Notes: generated from the letters alone by a model not told the origin. Positions 19,561 through 30,490 are shown, counted from the first letter of the stretch. The stretch: 64,000 nucleotides of DNA from an uncultured bacterium (GCA_964420595.1 CAYQUF010000005.1:187-64186); one strand, 5' to 3'. A program made the numbers and translations.

Positions 19561-19884
19561 TTAAGCCGATTCTAACGGTGCCATGGTCAATCCAGCGCGA
19601 CTCAGTTGTTGGTGGTAGAGTTCGGCTTGCTCCTGCGGACCGACCCAAACAATCGCCTGTCCTTCAAAATGCACCTGATTGGTCAGTTCCCAGGCGCGAT
19701 CGCTCGTCATGCCGGGAATATACTTCATCAAGCATTGAGCCACGTGCTGAAACGTATTCACATCATCATTCAACACGATGACCTTGTAGTTGGGGTAGGG
19801 TTTGCGCGTCACCTTCGGACGCTGGGGGGTCACCGTTGGCGATGTTGAAGCCGTTTGAGACACCACGAGAGGGAAGCGAGTCAT
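19561..19884 (-). CDS. clpS: ATP-dependent Clp protease adaptor ClpS
   Basis: 'YKVIVLNDDVNTFQHVAQCLMKYIPGM...A..L...VH..G.A.V'. Confidence 0.9.
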   Translation of the reverse strand: MTRFPLVVSQTASTSPTVTPQRPKVTRKPYPNYKVIVLNDDVNTFQHVAQCLMKYIPGMTSDRAWELTNQVHFEGQAIVWVGPQEQAELYHQQLSRAGLTMAPLESA

Positions 19885-20068
19885 AGCACAAGTCTCGACA
19901 AAACGCGAACTTACTTCACAAAAATATTCTTAAGATATTTAAGGTATTTTTCTAGTCTAGCGGTTGTCCTGGTGTTTGCAAGGTGTCGAGGGAAGAAGCG
20001 AATTGCCACCGTTACCGCGCGGGGTGTCTGTCAAAATAGGTTGTGTTCGTCAATACGGATTAGAAATA

Positions 20069-21361
20069 GTGGCTTTCAAACTCGGTTTACTGGGATTGGG
20101 AACAGTTGGAACGGGAACGGCACAGATTTTGCTGTCTCCCGAGGGACGGCACCCCCTGTTGCGGGAATTAGAAATCCGTCGCGTCGGGGTGCGATCGCCC
20201 GAAAAACCCCGCGCTGTCGAGTTACCGCCAGGAACCCTGGCGAGCGATCTAGAGGCGATCGTCGCCGATCCCGAGATCGACATTATCGTCGAATTGCTCG
20301 GCGGACTCGAACCCGCGCGATCGCTCATCCTCAAGGCGATCGAAACTGGCAAACACGTGGTCACCGCCAATAAAGCGGTCATCTCCCGCTACGGCGACGA
20401 AATCTTTACCGCCGCCAACGAAAAAGGCGTTTACGTCATGCTCGAAGCAGCGGTCGGTGGCGGAATTCCGGTGATTCAACCCCTGAAAACGGCATTAGGG
20501 GTCAACCGCATCCAAGCCGTCACCGGAATCGTCAACGGGACGACCAACTACATTCTCACCCACATGCAATCGGAAGGGGCGAGTTTCGACGAAGTCCTCG
20601 CCGAAGCGCAAAAACTCGGTTACGCCGAAGCCGACCCCACCGCCGATGTAGACGGTTTTGACGCGGCGGATAAAATTGCCATCCTCGCGTCTTTAGCGTT
20701 TGGCGGTCGCATCGACTTGCAAGAGGTGCATTGCGAAGGTATCCGTCAGGTGAGTGCGGCGGATATTACCTACGCCGACGATTTGGGATTTACGATTAAA
20801 CTCTTGGCAATTGCGCGGACGGAGAACGAATCGAGCGATCGCTTGCAGGTGCGGGTTCACCCCACCCTGGTTCCCGAATCGCATCCCCTCGCCAATATTA
20901 ACGAGGTGTATAACGCCGTTTTGGTCGAAGGGGACCCCATCGGACAGGTGATGTTTTTCGGTCCCGGTGCGGGTGCCGGTCCTACCGCCAGTGCTGTTGT
21001 CTCCGACATTATTAATATCGCAGCCATTCTCAAGACCGAAACCGAACCGATTCCCCATCCCCTGCTCAGTTGCGCGCACCAACACTACTGCGCGATCGCG
21101 CCGATGGCGGATATCGTTACCCGATTTTACGCCCGTTTTCTGACGAAAGATAGTCCGGGCGTCATCGGTCATCTCGGCACGATTTTTGGCAAGCACGGGG
21201 TCAGTTTGGAATCGGTGGTGCAAATTGGGATGCACGAAGCGTTAGCCGAAATTGTCGTTGTCACGCACGACGTTCGAGAAGGCGACTTTCGGCAAGCACT
21301 GGAGGAAATTCGCAGCTTAGAGGCTGTCGATCGCATTCCCAGCTTGTTGCGAGTGCTGTAA
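20069..21361 (+). CDS. hom: Homoserine dehydrogenase
   Basis: 'KLGLLGLGTVGTG' NAD-binding loop, 'VVTANKA', 'GGGIPVI' and a C-terminal ACT-like region. GTG 20069 is preferred over the tracked ATG 19964, whose extension is Arg/Cys-rich and atypical. Confidence 0.88.
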   Translation: MAFKLGLLGLGTVGTGTAQILLSPEGRHPLLRELEIRRVGVRSPEKPRAVELPPGTLASDLEAIVADPEIDIIVELLGGLEPARSLILKAIETGKHVVTANKAVISRYGDEIFTAANEKGVYVMLEAAVGGGIPVIQPLKTALGVNRIQAVTGIVNGTTNYILTHMQSEGASFDEVLAEAQKLGYAEADPTADVDGFDAADKIAILASLAFGGRIDLQEVHCEGIRQVSAADITYADDLGFTIKLLAIARTENESSDRLQVRVHPTLVPESHPLANINEVYNAVLVEGDPIGQVMFFGPGAGAGPTASAVVSDIINIAAILKTETEPIPHPLLSCAHQHYCAIAPMADIVTRFYARFLTKDSPGVIGHLGTIFGKHGVSLESVVQIGMHEALAEIVVVTHDVREGDFRQALEEIRSLEAVDRIPSLLRVL

Positions 21362-21460
21362 TTGGCAATGCGTGCAACTCGGTGCGTGGCAACTGGTTCG
21401 CTTTTCGGGGCGATCGGATCGTCACGCACCCTTTTTGAGCGCGCCTCGAGAACCACGGCT

Positions 21461-22480
21461 CTATGACTCAGATTCCCATCGATCCTCACTCAACCATTCA
21501 ATTTTTTGCGCTTGCTCCGACAAGTTTGCGTTCTGCTGACCCTCCGCGCGCGCGATCGTATTCAACAAATCAATCGGCGTGTCGAGAATGTCGAGCAATT
21601 GATGTTGCGGGGTGGGAGTGTCCGATCGCCCTATTGCCCCAACCGCCTTGATTCCCGTCTTCGGAATCTCTTTCAACAACCATCGCGCGATCCGCCGCAA
21701 GTATTGCCATCGAGTCGGCTCGCCCATCAAGTTCACCCCATGCAACTCATGCAAGTAACGATTCGACTGACCGTAACGCCGCCACTGACCGCGTAACTGC
21801 TTCAACGTGCTACGGTGACGGTGTCGGACGATCGCCTCGGGGGCAAATTCGAGTTGCCAATCGGTCTGTCGCAGGATCCGCCAGCACAAATCCGCATCGC
21901 CGCCCGTGGTTAAATAGGGACGGAACAACCCGACGCGATCGAAAATGCACCGCCGCACCGCCAGATTCGCCGTCTGACCGTACGGACAAAACGGGTGCGC
22001 CAGGGTGTATTTCTGGGACAGGGTATCGTGTCGTTCGGCGTGTCGTTCCAGGAGGGTCTCTCCGGGTAAGGCAACGATTTCCCCCGCGACAAGTCCCACC
22101 GCCTCCCGTGCGAACGGTTGCACCAGACGTTCGAGCCATTGCGATTGCGGACGACAATCGGCGTCGGTAAATGCCAGGATTTCGCCCTTCGCTGCCTTAA
22201 TGCCGCTGTTGCGCGCGGCATAGGACGATTGAATCTCGGTTTGCGCCAGGGGTCGAATGCCTATATTTTCCTCTCGCGAGGCAGTTTGGAGGATCTCGGC
22301 GGTGCGATCGCGGCTGTTATTATCGACTAACAGACACTCGAAGCGATCGGGTGGATACGTCTGCGATCGCAAACATCGAATTAATTCGGGTAAATCCGTT
22401 TCGCCGTTGTAGATCGGGATAACGACCGATATCTGGGGAAACAGGGAACCATCGACGCGATCGGTTGGCTTCGGGCTCAT
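21461..22480 (-). CDS. Glycosyltransferase family 2
   Basis: 'ISVVIPIYNGETDLPELIRCLRSQTYP...LLVDNNSRDRT' and 'AFTDADC'. ATG 22480 is preferred over TTG 22489. Confidence 0.85.
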   Translation of the reverse strand: MSPKPTDRVDGSLFPQISVVIPIYNGETDLPELIRCLRSQTYPPDRFECLLVDNNSRDRTAEILQTASREENIGIRPLAQTEIQSSYAARNSGIKAAKGEILAFTDADCRPQSQWLERLVQPFAREAVGLVAGEIVALPGETLLERHAERHDTLSQKYTLAHPFCPYGQTANLAVRRCIFDRVGLFRPYLTTGGDADLCWRILRQTDWQLEFAPEAIVRHRHRSTLKQLRGQWRRYGQSNRYLHELHGVNLMGEPTRWQYLRRIARWLLKEIPKTGIKAVGAIGRSDTPTPQHQLLDILDTPIDLLNTIARAEGQQNANLSEQAQKIEWLSEDRWESES

Positions 22481-22513
22481 AGCGTGCAAAACTTAGAACG
22501 ATCTAACGATCTT

Positions 22514-23161
22514 ATGAATAGCGTTGACGAACTGCTCAAGCAATACGCCACGGGAAATCGTAACTTTACTCGCGTCAAACTCGAGGCGGCGTACCTGTGC
22601 GACATCGACCTGATCGGAGCAAACCTTCACGAAGCTTACCTGATCGGAGCTAACCTGTCTCGCTCCAATTTCAGCGGTTCCAATTTCAGCGCCGCGAACT
22701 TGTCTGAAGCCAACTTGAGCGAAACCAGCTTCAACAAAGCCAATCTCACCACGGCGATTTTAGTCGGCGCAACCCTGTACCGCACCGACCTGATTGGCGC
22801 AAATCTGTCCCAAGCCGATCTCAAAGACGCCAATTGTCGGGAAGCACTGCTGTTGCAAACCGACCTCTCCCGTACGATTCTCAGGGAAACGGACTTGCAC
22901 GGTGCCAATTTATTTAAAGCTAACTTGCGACGCGCCTCGCTGACGAAAGCCGATTTAATCGGTGCCAACTTGAGCGGGGTTGACTTAGGGGGAGCGGATT
23001 TAATGGGTGCCAGTTTGATTCGCGCCAATTTAAGCGGATGCAGCCTCAACGCCGCCGATCTCAGTCGCGCCAACTTGCTCGGTGCGAATCTGGCGGGGGT
23101 AGACTTGTCGGGAGCGGATCTGACGGGAGCGACGATGCCGGATGGGAGCATTTACGGTTAG
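22514..23161 (+). CDS. Pentapeptide-repeat protein
   Basis: Continuous A(N/D)LXX repeats. ATG 22514 is preferred; GTG 22484 is an alternative. Confidence 0.88.
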   Translation: MNSVDELLKQYATGNRNFTRVKLEAAYLCDIDLIGANLHEAYLIGANLSRSNFSGSNFSAANLSEANLSETSFNKANLTTAILVGATLYRTDLIGANLSQADLKDANCREALLLQTDLSRTILRETDLHGANLFKANLRRASLTKADLIGANLSGVDLGGADLMGASLIRANLSGCSLNAADLSRANLLGANLAGVDLSGADLTGATMPDGSIYG

Positions 23162-23336
23162 TCGCGCTCGGGAAATCGAGAATCAGACCCGCTCGGGGGA
23201 CGTTTAACCTCGTTGGCCGGACACGCGGTTCGCATAACCGGAACCCGCGAGATCGCCAAACAGGGGGGTTAGCGCTGACCAAGTTTTTCCCTCTACCCCC
23301 AATCGAGGGAAATATTAAAAGGTCGCCGCGTAAAAC

Positions 23337-23861
23337 TTAACCCTCTCCCTGACAGTAAGTATTGGCTTCTTGGGCGATGCGATCGGATTCTTGGGCGGCT
23401 TGTTTGGCTTGTTCGCCAGCGGCTTTCATCTGTTCGAGGGCTTGTTTGGCTGCCGCTGAATCCTGTTGGTTGGTCGCTTCCGCCACTTGCTGCATCGACT
23501 GACTCATCTGGCGCAAGTTTTGGCTCATATTTTGGTAGATTTGAGCGAAATTGTTCTGAAACCCTTGCAAGGTTTCGTCTTGCAATTCTACAGTTTCGAT
23601 ATTTTGAGCAATGGTTTCGAGTTTACCTGCCAATTGTTCGAATTTCTGCGCTTGTTCGCTCGGGTTGCCTTGTTGGGCATTCTGCACGGGGGCAAAATCT
23701 TGTTTGATTGCCGTTCCGGCTTCGTTGACGACCTGAACCAGTTGATTGCACTGTTGGACTTTATTGGCACCGCACCCAGCAATCGTGAGGGCGATCGCGG
23801 CGCTAATGGGGACGATGAAATGACGTTTGGATAGCAATTTCACTAATAATTTCCTCCTCAA
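23337..23861 (-). CDS. Gln-rich helical lipoprotein, unknown function
   Basis: Lipobox 'LTIAGC'. The rest is Q/A/E-rich predicted helix. Confidence 0.6.
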   Translation of the reverse strand: MRRKLLVKLLSKRHFIVPISAAIALTIAGCGANKVQQCNQLVQVVNEAGTAIKQDFAPVQNAQQGNPSEQAQKFEQLAGKLETIAQNIETVELQDETLQGFQNNFAQIYQNMSQNLRQMSQSMQQVAEATNQQDSAAAKQALEQMKAAGEQAKQAAQESDRIAQEANTYCQGEG

Positions 23862-24091
23862 TTGTTTCAGGCATGGGATCGAACTCTACCGAAACCAATG
23901 CTTTATTATTATGCCCTGAATGGGTTCCGTTTCGATCGCCCCTCGACTCCGAAGAATCATCACCGCCACTTGGCGATTGGGGGCAACTTTATACCGGGTT
24001 GGTCGTTGCACGAAATACTGATATGAGTCTAGCGATCTCTACAGCCCGATCGCCCCTTTTTAAGGAAACAAACTGTCACGCGATCGCTCGG

Positions 24092-24412
24092 CTAACTCGA
24101 TATCGGGGGAAGCGCGCCTTCAACGCGACCGTTAAACCCGTACACTTCCCGACGTCCGGCGAAGGGAACTAAGGTCACTTCTCGTTCGTCTCCCGGCTCG
24201 AATCGAACCGCAGTTCCGGCGGGGATATCGAGTCGCATTCCCTTGGCGCGATCGCGATCGAATTGTAGGGCATCGTTGGCTTCGTAAAAGTGGAAGTGAG
24301 AGCCGACTTGAATCGGGCGATCGCCAGTATTGGCAACTGAGAGGGCGATCGTCGGGCGATCGGCATTAAGTTCGAGTTCCCCGGATGGCGTTAAAATTTC
24401 GCCTGGAATCAT
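24092..24412 (-). CDS. ureB: Urease subunit beta
   Basis: 'MIPGEIL...[39 protein letters not shown]'. Confidence 0.93.
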   Translation of the reverse strand: MIPGEILTPSGELELNADRPTIALSVANTGDRPIQVGSHFHFYEANDALQFDRDRAKGMRLDIPAGTAVRFEPGDEREVTLVPFAGRREVYGFNGRVEGALPPISS

Positions 24413-25460
24413 ATTTTTCGTCCTTTTTGTTGGGTACGTAAACGCTTTTAATCGGGAAGGGAATTTCGATGCCTTCTAATTGATAGCGCTTGTACAGTCG
24501 CTTAATAAATTCATGTCGAACAACGAGATGGTCGAAATATTCTCGAATTCGCAAATATACGGTAAAATTAATACTAAAATAGCCGAAGTCTTCATAGCGA
24601 ATAAATGGTTCGTAATCCGGAACGCCACCTTCAACTTGCTTCAGGGTTTCTTTTGCCACTTCTAAGGTGACGGCTTCAACTCGATCTAAATCGCTATCGT
24701 AACCGACGCCCACTTGCAGTAAAAGCAGCATCTCCTTATTGGGAAGGCTGTAATTTTTTAAGGTAGACGAGACAATTTTGGCATTGGGAACGACGATTAA
24801 GTTAGCGGGAATTTCTTCGACAATTGTATAGCGCCATGCCACGTCCGTCACGTACCCTGCTTCGCCACTTTCGAGTTCGATGTAATCCCCCGGTCTGACC
24901 TTTTTCGACATGATAATATTCAAGCCGGAAAATAGGTTCGACAGGGTATTTTGCAGTGCCAAACCGATGGAAACGCCGCCCACTCCCAACGCGGTCAGCA
25001 ATGGCGTAATCGAGATTCCCACCGACTGCAAGATAATCAGAATCCCGATACTGTAAATCGCCAGTTTGGTTAAATTTTCAAACAGCGACGTCAGTGGAGA
25101 CGGATCGCCGCCGCGTTCGCCGTACAAGCGGACGAATCCCACCGCCAACCGAGCGATCGCAATGGTCGCCGATCCCAACAACAACGCCAGCAAGCTCTTT
25201 TCCACCAGCAGCAAGATGGCAGAGTTGAGGGGAAGGGTCAGCGACGCGCCGAAGATCCCCGCAATGACAAACCACAGCAGCGTAATGCCGTGCAGGGAAC
25301 TTAAAATAATGTCGTAAACCGCCCATCCCGTGCGATTGGCAATTTTTCGCAACCGAATGAGGACCCGTTTTTCAAAGTAAAATCCTGCCAAAAAACCGCA
25401 CAGGATTAATAAAAACGGAACGAGGTATCGTAAAAATTTTAAAACCTCAGCCATCAGCAC
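24366..25460 (-). CDS. Mechanosensitive ion channel, MscS family
   Basis: Several N-terminal TM helices, then '[19 protein letters not shown]' and the beta-domain pattern. Confidence 0.85.
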   Translation of the reverse strand: MLMAEVLKFLRYLVPFLLILCGFLAGFYFEKRVLIRLRKIANRTGWAVYDIILSSLHGITLLWFVIAGIFGASLTLPLNSAILLLVEKSLLALLLGSATIAIARLAVGFVRLYGERGGDPSPLTSLFENLTKLAIYSIGILIILQSVGISITPLLTALGVGGVSIGLALQNTLSNLFSGLNIIMSKKVRPGDYIELESGEAGYVTDVAWRYTIVEEIPANLIVVPNAKIVSSTLKNYSLPNKEMLLLLQVGVGYDSDLDRVEAVTLEVAKETLKQVEGGVPDYEPFIRYEDFGYFSINFTVYLRIREYFDHLVVRHEFIKRLYKRYQLEGIEIPFPIKSVYVPNKKDEKYDSRRNFNAIRGTRT

Positions 25461-25493
25461 GCATCCGCTAACTCAATCGATCGTAAAACGATA

Positions 25494-26123
25494 TTACTCG
25501 CCCTCGGCGTTGGACTCGTCCGCTTCTGTATCTGTCATATTGTCCTCTGCATCGGCGCGATCGCGCGAGGGATCTGGGTCTGGCGATGTCGCCGTCGAAG
25601 CGGGAGATTGCACCTCGATTAAATCCTGTAAGGCTCGGGTTAAAACCGCCAGGGTTTGCGATCGCGTTTGGACGTCCGTGGCGATCGCCTCGATCCGAGA
25701 TTCCAGTGCCTCCAGTCTATCTCGGTTGGCGGCTAAGTCGCCGTCGAGATTGTCGGGGATTTGCCGGCGCAGCGAGTCGATCTGCTGTTGCAACTGGGCG
25801 AGTTCCTGGCGATCGCCACTCGATTGTACCTGTTGGCTCAGACGAGTTTGCTCGACTTTCAGAGTATACCCCAACCACAGAAACACGCCACCCAACACCG
25901 CGATCGCCGCCCCCAAAATCCACGTCAGCACGCCCACCTGACGGCGCAATTGCCGCACTTGCTGCAACTGGCGATCGGATTCGGACAGAAATTCGAGCTT
26001 CAGTTCCAAAAACTCTTGCGCCAACTGTTCGACGTGCTGGCGGTTGGAGGCGATCGCTTCTGGCTGGGACACCTCGCGATCGACCGGAACGATACTGGTT
26101 TGAGAGTCAGAATAATCGGACAT
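25494..26123 (-). CDS. Hypothetical single-pass membrane coiled-coil protein
   Basis: 209 aa with one TM ('VLTWILGAAIAVLGGVFLWLGY') flanked by Q/L/R-rich heptad-like helices and an acidic tail. Confidence 0.55.
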   Translation of the reverse strand: MSDYSDSQTSIVPVDREVSQPEAIASNRQHVEQLAQEFLELKLEFLSESDRQLQQVRQLRRQVGVLTWILGAAIAVLGGVFLWLGYTLKVEQTRLSQQVQSSGDRQELAQLQQQIDSLRRQIPDNLDGDLAANRDRLEALESRIEAIATDVQTRSQTLAVLTRALQDLIEVQSPASTATSPDPDPSRDRADAEDNMTDTEADESNAEGE

Positions 26124-26203
26124 AGAGTAGGGGAATTAAGGAAGAAGCAACAGCGATTGTACGGGCGAACGGCTGTTCGCTCCTACGGCGACGGGTCATT
26201 GTC

Positions 26204-26476
26204 TTAACGGCTCGATTCTTCAGAGGTCGGTGCATTCGGGAGCGGTTGAACTCGCTGCAATTGCGCGTACGTTATCGCCAACACCGTCGCCACCACGATC
26301 AACCCGACGCCGAGAACAGTCGTACTGAGAATTAAAAAAACCTGCAACCGCGCCTGAGCCGATCTTAAGCCGCGAATGTCTTTTTGGGCGTGCGAGAGCA
26401 ATCGCATCGCGCGCAGATCCGACCAAACGCTTTGCTGTTGCTCGGGGTCGAGGGATTCGTTGTCCTCGGGGGTCAT
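26204..26476 (-). CDS. Hypothetical small single-pass membrane protein
   Basis: 90 aa with one TM ('VFLILSTTVLGVGLIVVATVLAI'). Its layout matches the core of the upstream 209-aa protein. Confidence 0.45.
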   Translation of the reverse strand: MTPEDNESLDPEQQQSVWSDLRAMRLLSHAQKDIRGLRSAQARLQVFLILSTTVLGVGLIVVATVLAITYAQLQRVQPLPNAPTSEESSR

Positions 26477-26710
26477 AAAATCATCTCATCGAGTCTAATT
26501 GCAATTGTGCCAAACCCGTCAGACACTCGGGTCGATCGGGTACGTTGATTATACAATCGCCCAACATTCCCAATTGAATTGCCTCCGCTCGGCGTTCTCT
26601 GTAGCTGTCGTGGTTCAATGGTGCAGGAGAGCGATCGTTTCAACTGAAGAGTCCCCCGTCAATTCGCGCTCCCGTTCGGATCGCCTGAATTAGAGAATCG
26701 TCCCCCTCCT

Positions 26711-28249
26711 ATGCCCATTCGCCCCATTGCACTCAAGCTGACGCCACCGCTGTCTCTCGCCCTCGCATCCCTCGGTGGTGGCGTGCTGATGGGGACAACC
26801 GTGGCACCCGTGGGCGCGTGGTGGCTGGGGTGGATCGCCCTGGTGCCGTTGTGGGTCGCCGTTGCGCGGGAGCGTCGCCGCCTGGTTCCCTTATTGTGGG
26901 GATTGGGCTATCACGGCGTTGCCCTCTTTTGGATTACCGGGGTTCACCCGATGACCTGGATGGGGGTGCCGTGGGGGGCGAGTTTGGCGATCGCGCTGTT
27001 TTGTTGGATCTTTATTACCCTGTGGGGAGCGGCGTTACCGGTGGCGTGGGCGCAGGCGATGCGGCTGGCACAGTCTCCCTGGCAGCGGTTGCTGCTGGGA
27101 GTGGTGCTGTGGTGTGGTTTGGAAACCTTGTGGAGCTATTCGCCCCTGTGGTGGACGTCGCTGTCGTATACCCAGAGTCCCCACAATTTGGCGATCCTGC
27201 ATTTGGGACAACTGTCGGGTCCGACGGCGGTGACGCTCGCCCTGGTCGCGGTGAATGGAGTCTTGGCAGAAGCGGTGCTGGCAGTCCGTCCGCTGGCTCG
27301 ACGGCGACACTTTGCGATCGCCGTGTTATTGCTGTTGGGATTCCATTTAGGCGGATTTGCCCTGCTGTCGCGTCCCCTGGCAGATTCGCAGAACTCGGCG
27401 CTGCGGGTGGGCATTATTCAGGGAAATATTCCCAACGAGATCAAACTGTATTCCGAGGGACGGCGCCAGGCGTTGGACGGGTACGCCACGGGGTACGAAA
27501 CCCTGAGCGAGCGGGGGGTAGAGGCGATTTTGATGCCCGAGACTGCCATTCCGGTGTTGTGGCGCGAGGCGAGTCGCTACAGTTGGCGCAATCCGGTGGG
27601 ACACTTGTACGGGGCGATCGCGAATTCGGAGGCGCTGGCGTGGGTGGGCGCGTTCGGGCAAAAGGGCGATCGCTATACCAATAGCTTATTTACCGTCAGC
27701 AATACGGGGGAGATTCTCAGCCGTTACGATAAGGTCAAGTTAGTGCCGTTGGGGGAGTACATTCCGTTTGAAGACCTGCTGGGACGATTTATCGATCGCC
27801 TCTCGCCCTTGAATGCCCATTTAGCGGCGGGCAATCCGGAGCAAACGTTCGAGACGCCCTTCGGAAGCGCGATCGCCGGAATTTGCTACGAGTCGGCATT
27901 TAGCTACCATTTTCGCCGACAAGCCGCACGGGGCGGACGGCTGATTTTGAGTGCGTCCAACAATGCCCATTATGCCGAATCCATGCCCGCCCAACACCAC
28001 GCTCAGGACGTGATGCGCGCCATCGAAACGGATCGCTGGGCAGTTCGCGCCACCAATACCGGCTATTCGGCGATTGTCGATCCCCACGGTCGCACCCGGT
28101 GGAAGTCGGGGATTAACACCTACGAAACCCACGCGGGAACGGTGTATTGGCGCGACACGCGATCGCTTTACGTGCGGTGGGGCGATTGGCTGACGTGGGT
28201 GCTATTGGGACTCGGGGCGATCGTCGTTGCGATCGAACGGGCGAGGTAA
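26711..28249 (+). CDS. lnt: Apolipoprotein N-acyltransferase
   Basis: N-terminal polytopic domain plus a nitrilase-like domain, with 'GICYESAF' as the catalytic Cys context. Confidence 0.85.
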   Translation: MPIRPIALKLTPPLSLALASLGGGVLMGTTVAPVGAWWLGWIALVPLWVAVARERRRLVPLLWGLGYHGVALFWITGVHPMTWMGVPWGASLAIALFCWIFITLWGAALPVAWAQAMRLAQSPWQRLLLGVVLWCGLETLWSYSPLWWTSLSYTQSPHNLAILHLGQLSGPTAVTLALVAVNGVLAEAVLAVRPLARRRHFAIAVLLLLGFHLGGFALLSRPLADSQNSALRVGIIQGNIPNEIKLYSEGRRQALDGYATGYETLSERGVEAILMPETAIPVLWREASRYSWRNPVGHLYGAIANSEALAWVGAFGQKGDRYTNSLFTVSNTGEILSRYDKVKLVPLGEYIPFEDLLGRFIDRLSPLNAHLAAGNPEQTFETPFGSAIAGICYESAFSYHFRRQAARGGRLILSASNNAHYAESMPAQHHAQDVMRAIETDRWAVRATNTGYSAIVDPHGRTRWKSGINTYETHAGTVYWRDTRSLYVRWGDWLTWVLLGLGAIVVAIERAR

Positions 28250-28278
28250 AGTCCAGTCAATTCTGACTCAAACAACAC

Positions 28279-29670
28279 TTATTGCGAAACCGAGGCGGGA
28301 CTCGCACTCGCATCCGCTGACTCCGACGGCGACAACCGATCCAAAATCCCCGTTAACTCCCGCTCGAAGGCAACTTGAGCGCGATTGGTTCGACCGCCCA
28401 CGTAAAACTGACCGTTGGTTTCTAACGCCCAAATCTGCGAGTGAGATACATAACTCATCAGTACGCTTATCATTAACAAGCCAAATCCCAGGTAAACCAA
28501 AGGAATGCCCGGATCGGATTTAATTTGTAATCCCGTCGAACCGATTAACCCCTTCACCTTCAGGGTCACCCCGTTGACGTCCGCATTCAGTCCGGTGCGG
28601 GTCGTCGTCACCAAATCGCCGTTATTGTCGTAAATCAGGAGCGTCCCTTGCAAATCCCGCGTAATCAGGGACACGCCATCGCTCATGTCCGGTTTGGTGG
28701 GAATCCAGGTTCCCCACAAATCCCCGTTTCCGCCAGTATCCAATTTTGCCATCGGTAACTGGAAAATGGGGCTATTGTTAATTTGCACTCGAATCCCCGA
28801 AATTCCCCAATCCGTTTGATAGAGGGTGACGCCGCCATAGCGGAGCGGGTCGTTGACGCGGATGGTTTTGCGCTTGACCTCCTCGCCGCGATCGTCGAGA
28901 ACCGACAAATCGGAATAAAATTGGTCGATATCCCCTTCGGGGGTGTAGTCGATCCAAAATCGGTTGACTTTCACCGACCAATCGTCGAAGATATCCGGCG
29001 ACGCCAGCGCTCCCGCCTCAATCACGTTATTGACTTGAAAGGTTTTCCCGCTGGGAACCATTTGCTGCGCCACCAATCCCGCCATCGATCCCCAAATCGC
29101 ACCGGCGAGGATAATTAGCATACTGGCGTGGACGACAATCGGTCCAATGCGTCCGACAATGCCTTTACGGGCGTACAGGGAATTTCCCTCCCGAAAGACT
29201 CGATACCGCCGCTGCTGCAACTGTGATTCTAACGTATTGAGAGTTCCGCTCTCTAATTCGGCGCTGAGGGCGAGTTTCTGGAACTGGCGGGGTTGGGTGT
29301 AAAATTTCCATCCCCGTGCGGCTTTCAGTGCGGGGAGCTGTCGGGTGAAGGTACAGGCGGTCAAGCTGGAGCCGAAGAGTACCAAGAGGGAGAGAAACCA
29401 CCAGGTGCGATAGACATGGTCTAACCCCAACGCCACGATGACTTTCCAGCTTAAAAAGCCGAACAGTGCCGGATCTTCGGGATAGTTTTGTTGGTAAAAT
29501 GAGAGGGATTGTCCCTGTTCGAGAACCGTTCCGGCGATGCTAAAAACGGCGATCGCCAAGAGCAGAACGATCGCCAACCGCAAGTCGGCGAGAATCGGCA
29601 ACAGTTCCCGCCGAAACCAGCGCCACGGAGATAGCCAAACGTTGGAAAGGGTAAAGTCGTTAAAAGCCAT
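28279..29670 (-). CDS. ccsB: Cytochrome c biogenesis protein CcsB/Ccs1 (ResB family, System II)
   Basis: ResB-like N-terminus '[28 protein letters not shown]', a large soluble loop and a C-terminal TM. It lies adjacent to ccdA. Confidence 0.88.
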   Translation of the reverse strand: MAFNDFTLSNVWLSPWRWFRRELLPILADLRLAIVLLLAIAVFSIAGTVLEQGQSLSFYQQNYPEDPALFGFLSWKVIVALGLDHVYRTWWFLSLLVLFGSSLTACTFTRQLPALKAARGWKFYTQPRQFQKLALSAELESGTLNTLESQLQQRRYRVFREGNSLYARKGIVGRIGPIVVHASMLIILAGAIWGSMAGLVAQQMVPSGKTFQVNNVIEAGALASPDIFDDWSVKVNRFWIDYTPEGDIDQFYSDLSVLDDRGEEVKRKTIRVNDPLRYGGVTLYQTDWGISGIRVQINNSPIFQLPMAKLDTGGNGDLWGTWIPTKPDMSDGVSLITRDLQGTLLIYDNNGDLVTTTRTGLNADVNGVTLKVKGLIGSTGLQIKSDPGIPLVYLGFGLLMISVLMSYVSHSQIWALETNGQFYVGGRTNRAQVAFERELTGILDRLSPSESADASASPASVSQ

Positions 29671-29685
29671 TGCAATTTTTTTCGT

Positions 29686-30426
29686 TTAAGCTGCCGGAAC
29701 CAAGCGAAACAGAAGCGAAAAGACGCCAAACCCGACTAAGAGCGCGCCGCTTACGGGAGTAATCCAACCCGACCACCGACGCAGTTCTAGGAGTTTCTTA
29801 ATGGTCGCGGTAAAGGTTCCCGCCAGGACGAGGGGCGCGACGTATCCGGTGGTGTACGCTAGCAATAGCGCACTGCCCAACACGGGATCGCCGGTGGTGG
29901 AAATCCATGCCAAAATGGTGGCTAAGACCGGGGTACTGCACGGTGAGGCAACCAGTCCGAAGGTCAGTCCCAGCAAGTACGATCGCGCGGCGTCGGGTAA
30001 GTTGGGGGAAATCCAATCGGTTCCGCTACCCAGTGAGGGCAATCGCAAGGGGACGAGTTCGAGTAGGTTCAACCCCATGAGAATGGCAATCAGGCTGACG
30101 ATAACGGGTAAGCCGATGCCGATTTGCCCGTAAACTTTGCCGACCACAGCGGCGAGAATTCCCAATCCCGCTAGGGTCGTTGCCAATCCCAGCGCAAACC
30201 AACTCGACTGAGCCGCAGCCGTGGCGCGGTTTTTGGTTTCGTAGCCGCCGATGTAGCCAATGGTAATCGGCAGCATCGAGAGCATACACGGGGTCAGGCT
30301 GGTGAGCAGTCCGGCGGCGAAAATGATGCCGACGCTGACCCAGCTCAAATGTGCCAGTTGCGCGTCTACTAGGCGATCGGCAAATTGTTGGAGTTGGTAA
30401 AGTTGGGTTTGTAGGGTATCGATCAT
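29686..30426 (-). CDS. ccdA: Cytochrome c-type biogenesis thiol-disulfide transporter CcdA (DsbD family)
   Basis: 246 aa with 6 TM helices. Conserved 'LTPCMLSMLP' and 'SPCSTPVL' Cys motifs are present. Confidence 0.88.
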   Translation of the reverse strand: MIDTLQTQLYQLQQFADRLVDAQLAHLSWVSVGIIFAAGLLTSLTPCMLSMLPITIGYIGGYETKNRATAAAQSSWFALGLATTLAGLGILAAVVGKVYGQIGIGLPVIVSLIAILMGLNLLELVPLRLPSLGSGTDWISPNLPDAARSYLLGLTFGLVASPCSTPVLATILAWISTTGDPVLGSALLLAYTTGYVAPLVLAGTFTATIKKLLELRRWSGWITPVSGALLVGFGVFSLLFRLVPAA

Positions 30427-30490
30427 GCCGCCTGCGTGCGCAATGCCAGTCCGGATCGTATTTTAACGCAGCGCTGCGGGATCGCGATCG

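Noticed and set aside
26818-27684. 288-aa alternative-frame ORF inside lnt
   Set aside because: Its Gly/Arg/Val/Ala-rich low-complexity translation contrasts with the co-located frame, which gives a well-formed Lnt with TM helices and the CYESAF motif.
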